Positions 56,767 to 64,000 of a stretch of 64,000 nucleotides of DNA are shown here, one piece after another. The notes below the pieces were generated by a model. The model was not told where the DNA came from and did no database searches. It saw only the letters and a program-made list of their open reading frames with translations. Numbering within the stretch: the stretch's first letter is position 1; the number at the start of each line of letters is the position of its first letter. The stretch covers positions 47,489 through 111,488 of the forward strand of contig CAYTOI010000002.1 in assembly GCA_964439805.1 (NCBI GenBank). The letters run 5' to 3'. The translations under genes were made by a program, and so were the position numbers. This DNA comes from an uncultured Pseudomonadales bacterium (GTDB lineage Bacteria > Patescibacteriota > Microgenomatia > UBA1400 > MFAQ01).

Positions 56767-59700
56767 ATGAGCAAGTTTACCCATTTACACGTCCACACAG
56801 AATTTTCCTTGCTCGATGGCATGAGCAAAATTGGTAAGCTGGTCACCAGAACCAAAGAACTAGAACAGACTCACTTAGCCATTACCGACCATGGTTCTAT
56901 GTACGGAGCTATAGAGTTTTACAAAAAAACAACCAAAGAAGGAATAATTCCAATTTTGGGTTGTGAAATATATTTGGCCAAAGGTTCTCGCTTTGATAAA
57001 AATAAGTCCGATGCCAATCACCTGCTACTTCTATCCGAAGACTTTGAGGGATACCAAAACTTAATGAAGATAGTTACCATCGGCCAGACAGAAGGTTTTT
57101 ATTACAAACCCCGTGTAGACAAAGAAACTCTAGAAAAATATTCCAAAGGCTTAATCTGTACCACTGGTTGCCCTGCTGGCAGAGTCCAAAAACTATTTTT
57201 GGAAGAAGGATATGACGCAGCCAAACAAGAAATAAAAGAGTATGAACAAATTTTTGGTAGTAAAAATGTCTTCATAGAACTTCAGCGCCACCACTACAAC
57301 CGTTATGCCGAAAGTTCAAATGTCCCCGCTGATATCAAACCCAAACTGCTTGAGTTTTACGAAAACGAACAAAAATCAGAAGAGGCTTTAATAAAATTAA
57401 GTAGAGATCTAGGGCTTCCCCTAATAGCTACCAACGATGCTCACTACGTCAACGCCGATGACGCTTCTGCTCAAGATGCTCTTGTTTGTGTTCAAACAGG
57501 AAAAACCATCGAAGATACGCATAGAATGCGATACATCGACACCCCAGATTTTTATCTTAAGTCCCCAGACGAAATGGCTGAAGATTTTAAAGATCTTCCG
57601 GAATCGATAGAAAATACCCAAAAACTTGCAGACAGATGCCACGTAGAAATAAAAATTGGTGAATGGTACTTCCCAAAACTAGATTTACCAGAAGGCAAAA
57701 CAGCCGGAGAAGTACTAAGAGAGAGATCATACGATGGCTGCAAAGAAATTTTTGGCGGTGTCAACGAAGTACAATCAACTAGACTTGATTATGAACTAAA
57801 AATTATTGAAGATAAAGGATACTCACCATATTTTTTACTCGAGTCTGGCATCGTGAAGTTTGCCGACAGAGAGGGAATCTATACCAACACTAGAGGATCC
57901 GCTGCAGGTTCTTTTGTTTCCTATTGTATGGGCATTACCACTGTTGACCCGCTGTACTTCCGTTTACCTTTTGAACGATTTCTAAATCCTTTCCGTCCAT
58001 CACCTCCAGATATTGACTTGGACGTTGCTGATATTCATCGCGACGATCTCATAAAATATTTAGCCGACACTTACGGACACGAAAAGGTGGGGCAGATCTG
58101 TACCTTTGGAACCATGAAGGCCAGAGCCGCTGTGCGCGACATCGGCCGCGTTATGGGCATGCCATATTCTCAGGTAGATAAAATCAGTAAAACTATTCCA
58201 GAAGGTAGCCAGGGTTTCCCCATGACTCTCAAAAAAGCACTAGAGACAACTCCGGAGCTTCAAAAGATGAAAGAAGATGATCCAGAAGTAAAAAAACTTC
58301 TCAATCTCGCCCAAAAAATCGAAGGTAATGCGAGACACCTTTCTGTTCATGCTGCTGCTGTTATCGTCGGTCCTGATGATCTTGTTAAGTACACACCTCT
58401 TCAGCTAGAAACTGGCGGCGGCACTAGAGTCATCACTCAGTACGAAATGCATGCTTGTGAAGATGTAGGGCTAATAAAACTAGATATTCTTGGTATCGCC
58501 AACTTAAGTATTTTGGCAAACGCAGTCAAACTTGTCGAAGATATTCACAAAATAAAAATAAATATCAAAAAACTTCCACTAGACGACAGAGAAACTTACG
58601 AAATGCTTTCTCGTGGTGAAACCTTTGGTGTTTTTCAGCTAGCTAGTGGTGGCATGACCAAATACCTAGTCGACCTTCACCCAGAAAGAATCGAAGATGT
58701 TATGGCCATGGTTGCACTTTACCGCCCTGGTCCTATGGGTAGTATTCCAGAATATATTGCCAGAAAAAGAGATCCGTCCAAAATTTCTTACTTTGTTCCT
58801 GGCCTCGAGAAAATTTTGGATATGTCTTACGGCATCATTACCTATCAAGATGACGTTTTGTTTATGGCTATTCAATTGGCAGGATACAACTGGGAAGAAG
58901 CTGATAAATTTCGCAAAGCCATTGGTAAAAAAATTGTTTCCGAAATGGAAGCTCAACATGCCAAGTTTGTCGATGGTTGTGTTAACAATTCTGGAATTGA
59001 TAGAGAAAAAGCCGAAGAATTATTTAAACAAATTGAGACATTTGCGGCATACGGATTCAACAAAGCCCACGCTGCTTCTTACGGCATAGTCGCTTACTGG
59101 ACTGCCTACATCAAAGCCCATTATCCAGTAGAGTACATGACTGCTTTGATGTCTGTAGAGGCTTCTGATACCGATAAAATTGTTCCAGCTATTGCAGAAT
59201 GCGAGAAACTAGGTATTAGAGTTTTGCCTCCTGATGTCAACGAGTCTAACGTCGATTTTACTGTCGTAAATTTACCAGAAGACCAAAGACTAGAAGAAGG
59301 TAGAGCAAAAGACTCTGGTAGAGCTATTCGCTTTGGACTTACTGCTATCAAAAATGTTGGTGGAGCAGCCATTACATCCATATTGGAACAACGCAAAGAC
59401 GGCGACTATTCTTCCTTTAGTGATTTTCTAAAAAGAGTTGACTTACAAAAAGTAAACAAGAGAGTTGCTGAGTCACTTATAAAAGCCGGGGCCATGGATA
59501 GGTTTGGTAATAGAGCTCAGCTTTTGGCTGCCCTACCAATAATCAGAGACAACACTGTAAAATCCCAAAAGTCCAAAAAAGATGGTCAAGAAAGTCTTTT
59601 TTCTACTCATAGTAGCAGTAGTGATACCGACAATCTTCCCAATATTCCCGAGATGCCTTTGGAAGAAAAATTGAAAATGGAAAAAGCTCTTCTGGGGTTC

Positions 59701-60270
59701 TACCTTTCCGATCACCCAGTAAAAAAGATTGTCAGAATTGTTTCCAATATTATTAGTCATAAAATAAATCAGTTAGACCCCACGCTTCACCTAAATCAAT
59801 CTGTTACCTTGGCTGGAATTATTTCTAGAACAAAGCTAGTTTTTACCAAAAAAAGTAACGCCAAAATGGCCTTTGTGACGCTAGAAGATGATACTGGAAC
59901 TATAGACTGCATTGTTTTCCCAAAGCTTTTTGCCGAAAATCCAGATATTTGGGTAGAAGATCAGGCAATTATTGTCAAAGGAAAAATTGACAATAGAGAA
60001 GAAAAGCTTCAGGTAGTTGTTGACTCGGGAATAGAAATTGACACCAAAAGAACGCCAGTCGACATGATTCACGAAGTGTTTATCAAGTCTGGTACTCCTA
60101 GAGAGGTCATGGAAAATGTCTCCAAGCTTCTAAAGGATAACCCAGGGGACCACGAAGTGATCATCGCTATAGAGTCTGGCAACAACCTAAAAAAGATTAC
60201 ATTGCCCTATAAGATTAACTTTACCGACAAGCTGGAGAAAGAGGTGGATAAAACTCTTAGAGGCTGGTAA
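56767..60270 (+). CDS. dnaE: DNA polymerase III alpha subunit
   Basis: HLHVHTEFSLLDG PHP domain, RGSAAGS, PDIDLD, YGFNKAH, OB fold. Confidence 0.98.
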   Translation: MSKFTHLHVHTEFSLLDGMSKIGKLVTRTKELEQTHLAITDHGSMYGAIEFYKKTTKEGIIPILGCEIYLAKGSRFDKNKSDANHLLLLSEDFEGYQNLMKIVTIGQTEGFYYKPRVDKETLEKYSKGLICTTGCPAGRVQKLFLEEGYDAAKQEIKEYEQIFGSKNVFIELQRHHYNRYAESSNVPADIKPKLLEFYENEQKSEEALIKLSRDLGLPLIATNDAHYVNADDASAQDALVCVQTGKTIEDTHRMRYIDTPDFYLKSPDEMAEDFKDLPESIENTQKLADRCHVEIKIGEWYFPKLDLPEGKTAGEVLRERSYDGCKEIFGGVNEVQSTRLDYELKIIEDKGYSPYFLLESGIVKFADREGIYTNTRGSAAGSFVSYCMGITTVDPLYFRLPFERFLNPFRPSPPDIDLDVADIHRDDLIKYLADTYGHEKVGQICTFGTMKARAAVRDIGRVMGMPYSQVDKISKTIPEGSQGFPMTLKKALETTPELQKMKEDDPEVKKLLNLAQKIEGNARHLSVHAAAVIVGPDDLVKYTPLQLETGGGTRVITQYEMHACEDVGLIKLDILGIANLSILANAVKLVEDIHKIKINIKKLPLDDRETYEMLSRGETFGVFQLASGGMTKYLVDLHPERIEDVMAMVALYRPGPMGSIPEYIARKRDPSKISYFVPGLEKILDMSYGIITYQDDVLFMAIQLAGYNWEEADKFRKAIGKKIVSEMEAQHAKFVDGCVNNSGIDREKAEELFKQIETFAAYGFNKAHAASYGIVAYWTAYIKAHYPVEYMTALMSVEASDTDKIVPAIAECEKLGIRVLPPDVNESNVDFTVVNLPEDQRLEEGRAKDSGRAIRFGLTAIKNVGGAAITSILEQRKDGDYSSFSDFLKRVDLQKVNKRVAESLIKAGAMDRFGNRAQLLAALPIIRDNTVKSQKSKKDGQESLFSTHSSSSDTDNLPNIPEMPLEEKLKMEKALLGFYLSDHPVKKIVRIVSNIISHKINQLDPTLHLNQSVTLAGIISRTKLVFTKKSNAKMAFVTLEDDTGTIDCIVFPKLFAENPDIWVEDQAIIVKGKIDNREEKLQVVVDSGIEIDTKRTPVDMIHEVFIKSGTPREVMENVSKLLKDNPGDHEVIIAIESGNNLKKITLPYKINFTDKLEKEVDKTLRGW

Positions 60271-60280
60271 AATAAGCGTC

Positions 60281-60799
60281 ATGGCAAATCACATCAAATG
60301 GCAGGACAAAATTGAATTTGGAGTCGGAGACACCCTAAAAGTATCTCTTACTGTAAAAGAAGGCGAAAAAGTTCGCTCTCAGCTCTTTCAGGGTATCGTT
60401 ATCGCTATCCGAGGCACTGGAGAAGGTAAAAGCTTCATAATTCGTAAAATTGCCGCCGGTGGAGTAGGAGTTGAGCGTATTCTTCCTATAAACTCACCTG
60501 TAATCAACGGAATTGAAATAATCAAAAAAGGTAAGGTCCGCCGAGCTAAGCTTTATTACCTCCGTGATCTCTTGGGTAAAAAGGCTACCAAGGTCAAGGA
60601 CATCTTCGTCAAAAAAGGACTTTCTGCTTTCACTGAAGTTGCTGAAGCAATCTCAGAAGGATCAGAATCCAAAGAAGAAAAGACCAGACCAGAGCCAGTT
60701 AAGGTCAAAAATGCTCCAAAAGCAGACGCTCCAAAAGTCAAAAAAGTCAAAAAAGGACCAAAAAAGATCGTTCGCAAAGAAAAAGTCTTTGTAAGATAA
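60281..60799 (+). CDS. rplS: 50S ribosomal protein L19 with Lys-rich C-terminal extension
   Basis: GVGVER, GKVRRAKLYYLR. Confidence 0.96.
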   Translation: MANHIKWQDKIEFGVGDTLKVSLTVKEGEKVRSQLFQGIVIAIRGTGEGKSFIIRKIAAGGVGVERILPINSPVINGIEIIKKGKVRRAKLYYLRDLLGKKATKVKDIFVKKGLSAFTEVAEAISEGSESKEEKTRPEPVKVKNAPKADAPKVKKVKKGPKKIVRKEKVFVR

Positions 60800-60831
60800 A
60801 AAAATGGCCCCGCACAAGCGGGGCTTTTTTT
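60800..60831. terminator. Bidirectional terminator between rplS and pyrH
   Basis: GCCCCGC-ACAA-GCGGGGC with A and T tracts. Confidence 0.8.
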
Positions 60832-60837
60832 ATACTA

Positions 60838-61554
60838 TCAGCTAACTAAGGTACCTATCTCTTCTCCACAAATGATTTTTTCAATATTATCTAGATTATC
60901 AATGTCAAAGACAATTATCGGTATTCTATTTGTTTGACATAAGGCAAACGCAGTACCATCCATTACCTTTAATCCCTGAACTAAAGCTTCTTGATAGCTT
61001 AAGGTTTTGTAAAGAACGGCATCAGGGTATTTCTTTGGATCTTTGTCAAAAATGCCCTCCACAGTACTTCCCTTTAACAGGATACAGTTAAATTCAGCAG
61101 CAAATTGGGCGGCAGCCAGGTCAGTAGATGAATACGGAATACCCAAGCCGCCAACCAAAATAATCACTTTTCCAGCTTCTAGATGACTGAGTGCAACTCT
61201 GTGAATGTAGGGTTCGTATGCTTGCTTCATTTCCAGGTAGGACATAACTCGAGTTTTAACTTGCATGTCTTCCAAATAAGCTTGAAGTATTAGGCCATTG
61301 GGAATCGTTGCTGTCATTCCAGCATAGTCTGCAGAGGCACGGTTGATTATTGTACCCTCTGTCGATCGACCACGAATAATGTTTCCCCCACCGACAACAA
61401 TTGCAACAGTCAAGTCGTAATTTGTTTTTAATTTTGCTATGGTTTTTGCAACTTTTTCGACAGTTTCCAGATCAATTCCTCGACCGTCCTTACCCAAAGC
61501 TTCTCCTGAAAGCTTCAACAGAACTCTTTTGTATTTTTGCACAATAACCTCCAT
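60838..61554 (-). CDS. pyrH: UMP kinase
   Basis: RVLLKLSGEAL, VVGGGNI.RG, STD.AA, VMD.TA. Confidence 0.95.
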   Translation of the reverse strand: MEVIVQKYKRVLLKLSGEALGKDGRGIDLETVEKVAKTIAKLKTNYDLTVAIVVGGGNIIRGRSTEGTIINRASADYAGMTATIPNGLILQAYLEDMQVKTRVMSYLEMKQAYEPYIHRVALSHLEAGKVIILVGGLGIPYSSTDLAAAQFAAEFNCILLKGSTVEGIFDKDPKKYPDAVLYKTLSYQEALVQGLKVMDGTAFALCQTNRIPIIVFDIDNLDNIEKIICGEEIGTLVS

Positions 61555-61588
61555 TTATAGAATAAACGTGCGTTTTGAGTATTATACC

Positions 61589-61906
61589 TTAAGCCTTTTT
61601 GTTTTCTTTTTTTATCGTATTCCAGTGGTACAGGTAAAGCGGTGCACCCACTACTAACATGGAAAATGCAGTAATGAACTCTCTCTGTCGCTGTCTTTCT
61701 ATGTCTTTTTTCTGCCTAGCTTGTTGAATTTCTACTGATTCTTGAACCTCTCCAGGAATTTTTGGAGCCGAATATATTTCGTAATTATCTACGTCTTTGA
61801 AGACAGTTAGTTTTAAGGTCAGGTCCACCATCTGAATGCTCCCAATGACCACAATTAATAGTCCTACAAACGAAAACAGGTATAAGTACAAAAGTCTTAA
61901 GTTCAT
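61589..61906 (-). CDS. Two-TM protein (DUF5671-like)
   Basis: LYLYLFSFVGL...VGAPLYLYHW. Confidence 0.75.
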   Translation of the reverse strand: MNLRLLYLYLFSFVGLLIVVIGSIQMVDLTLKLTVFKDVDNYEIYSAPKIPGEVQESVEIQQARQKKDIERQRQREFITAFSMLVVGAPLYLYHWNTIKKENKKA

Positions 61907-61907
61907 T

Positions 61908-62576
61908 TTAATCAGTAATTACTAATTTGCGATCCTTAAATTTATAAAATGCTGCAGGCCTGTGAGCCTTACCATCACTTTTGTTGCCAGTGGGTAGAAG
62001 TAAGCCAGTAGAGAGGATTTTTTTGCGAAAGTTTCTCTTGTCCAGTTTTGTTCCCAATATAATCTCGTGCATTTTTTGCAGATCTGACAAGGTAAAGTTA
62101 TCAGGTAGAAGACCAAGAACTATATTTGAGTAACCAATTTTATTTCTCAATCTTTCCAAACCATAATCAATTATTTTTCGGTGGTCAAAAGCAAGTTTGG
62201 GTAGTGACTTAATAGGAAATAGTTTTGCTTCCATGCCGGCTTCTGAAGTTTTAAGTTCCCAGTTTTTTGAGTCAGCCAAAGCTAGATAGGTTACAGTTAT
62301 TACCCAAGATCTAGGATCTCTGTTTGGATCTCCAAATGTAAAAAGCTGCTCCAAATATACATTGTCGACACTGCCTTTGTCTTTGAGCACTCTCATAGCT
62401 GCCTGCTCAAGTGACTCAGCTTGGTGGACAAAGCCGCCTGGAAGTGCCCAGCTGCCCTTAAAAGGCTCAATATTACGCTTAACAAGAAGAATATTAAGCT
62501 CTCCCTCAAGTACTGAAAATAGCAAGACGTCTGTGGTTACGGAAGGGTGTGGGTACTTATCAATAGGTGTGTTCAT
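61908..62576 (-). CDS. NUDIX hydrolase / NrtR-type regulator
   Basis: WALPGGF, LEQL.TFG...RDPR, LAFDH, FTL..L, DKRNFRK wHTH. Confidence 0.92.
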   Translation of the reverse strand: MNTPIDKYPHPSVTTDVLLFSVLEGELNILLVKRNIEPFKGSWALPGGFVHQAESLEQAAMRVLKDKGSVDNVYLEQLFTFGDPNRDPRSWVITVTYLALADSKNWELKTSEAGMEAKLFPIKSLPKLAFDHRKIIDYGLERLRNKIGYSNIVLGLLPDNFTLSDLQKMHEIILGTKLDKRNFRKKILSTGLLLPTGNKSDGKAHRPAAFYKFKDRKLVITD

Positions 62577-62647
62577 ATAACTATTCTAAACCAAAATCCA
62601 CATAATGTATAATCAACACATCCCAGAACATTACAAGGAGCGTTTAT

Positions 62648-63322
62648 ATGGCTAAGGTTGCAAGAGAACAAGACCATCATGGTTATTGGAAAGAGCTGGC
62701 AAGTAAGATGGCCCAAGGTACAGCCAAATTAAGCATGAACGACATGGTCGCAATTGCAGAATATTTTGATTTTCGTAAGATGAACCCCGATTATTATCCC
62801 AAAAAAGAGCTTGCCAACTCAATTAAATTACGTGCCGATGAAGTAGACAAGCTGACCTTCAATTTGTGGGGATTGAGCCGAAAGTATTGGCTCGGACGTG
62901 AGCAATGTTGGTTGGAAGAGGCGCGCAAGGTCAGTGGTATTACCGAAGATGATAGTAAAGACAAACCTGGCGATGTTGTCAGTCTAGACATCCTCGTGAG
63001 AATATTCACTTTGGCCTATCTTTTTTACAATACCGAAGAACTTGTTGTGTCAAACCCAGAGTTGGCTCTTACGATCAGAACAAAAGCATTGCGAGTAGTA
63101 AACGACTTCATCGGCGGTGCCGTTCAAAAAGGTCAGTTACGGATAGATCGAGTTCCAAATCCTTCTGGAAACGGAACAATCTCTATGTACACATACCTCA
63201 AAAACGCAGGGCTCCCTGCCGGGCCATCTGGAAAGTATTTACCTTTCCCCGAGCATATGCTTTTTGAGTTATACGCCTGGCTCCACAAAGATAGTCTCAA
63301 CGAAAAAGTCTACATCAAGTAG
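62648..63322 (+). CDS. Hypothetical protein
   Basis: AAGGAG SD; terminator at 63336-63366. Confidence 0.7.
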   Translation: MAKVAREQDHHGYWKELASKMAQGTAKLSMNDMVAIAEYFDFRKMNPDYYPKKELANSIKLRADEVDKLTFNLWGLSRKYWLGREQCWLEEARKVSGITEDDSKDKPGDVVSLDILVRIFTLAYLFYNTEELVVSNPELALTIRTKALRVVNDFIGGAVQKGQLRIDRVPNPSGNGTISMYTYLKNAGLPAGPSGKYLPFPEHMLFELYAWLHKDSLNEKVYIK

Positions 63323-63396
63323 AACGAAAGATCCAAAGACTCCGTCCAGTACGGGGTCTTTTTTTTGTGATTTTAAAAAAGATGTAGAATATATTT

Positions 63397-63912
63397 ATGA
63401 AGAAAGTGAAAAAAACCACAAAAATTAACCTTGACCCAAAGATTTCTGACGCAGAAAAGAAAATCGAAGATGTCACAGGCTTAAATCTCAACAATATTGA
63501 GTCCAAGATGCAAGATTTTTTTAACAAAAACATTCCCGCTCTTCCACCAAAAGGAATCGAACTAATTGTCAAGATTGCTCCCTATTTGGCAATTGTAAGT
63601 GTAATTGCTGGAGTTCCTGCAGTATTGGCACTATTACAAGTTGGCAAGTACGCCTCTATCTACAGAATGGCAGGAGTCAGTTTGGGCTGGACATATCAAT
63701 TGACAAATATTTTGTTAGTTATTCAGTTAGTTTTAACTGCTCTATCTATTCAGGGTCTTTTTTCCAAAAAACTTTCAGCTTGGAAACTAATGTACTACTC
63801 TGCTTGGATATCAGCTCTATCTGGACTCTTTTCCGGAGGAGTGATCAGTATGCTTATTGGAGGTTTTATATCCTTCTATCTGCTATTCCAAGTAAAAAGC
63901 TCTTACAAGTAA
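63397..63912 (+). CDS. Membrane hypothetical protein (CPR-type)
   Basis: PALP..GIE.IV...P, four TMs, YLLFQVKSSYK. Confidence 0.75.
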   Translation: MKKVKKTTKINLDPKISDAEKKIEDVTGLNLNNIESKMQDFFNKNIPALPPKGIELIVKIAPYLAIVSVIAGVPAVLALLQVGKYASIYRMAGVSLGWTYQLTNILLVIQLVLTALSIQGLFSKKLSAWKLMYYSAWISALSGLFSGGVISMLIGGFISFYLLFQVKSSYK

Positions 63913-64000
63913 GTTCAAAAACCACTTACAGAAATTCGGAACAAACCATTATTAAGGCTTTGGTGAATAGTCAGCCCATGATGATCGGCAACTTCTTTAA

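Noticed and set aside
56767-60270. Intein in DnaE
   Set aside because: Normal length, only short insertions, no C...HN splice motifs

Overview
Chromosomal window that looks like a Patescibacteria (CPR, Microgenomates-like) genome; this is inferred from gene content, streamlined genes, near-leaderless starts and the long Lys-rich bL19 tail. (1) 712-16283 is a 15.6-kb serine-integrase element that splits an alpha/beta-hydrolase gene. The att junctions can be read directly (CCAA core, 10-bp inverted arms). The attP lies inside the integrase ORF, and a second unused attP-like site with a different central dinucleotide sits 60 bp upstream. The element has a Rep gene with iterons, Xis-like and wHTH regulators, two structured leaders and two internal-virion-like proteins, but no recognisable capsid, portal or terminase, so it reads as a phage satellite. 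(2) 17-26 kb is a surface-glycan cluster. (3) 26-43 kb and 50-64 kb are mostly housekeeping genes (tRNA-Gly, Pif1, pyk, queA, tgt, tRNA-Thr, gatCAB, dnaE, rplS, pyrH). (4) 43.7-49.9 kb is an array of five integrase-less cassettes (0.5-2.1 kb) stacked at the tRNA-Asp 3' end and separated by att-like junctions with a constant 5-bp offset. All alignments and counts were done by eye and no database searches were run.
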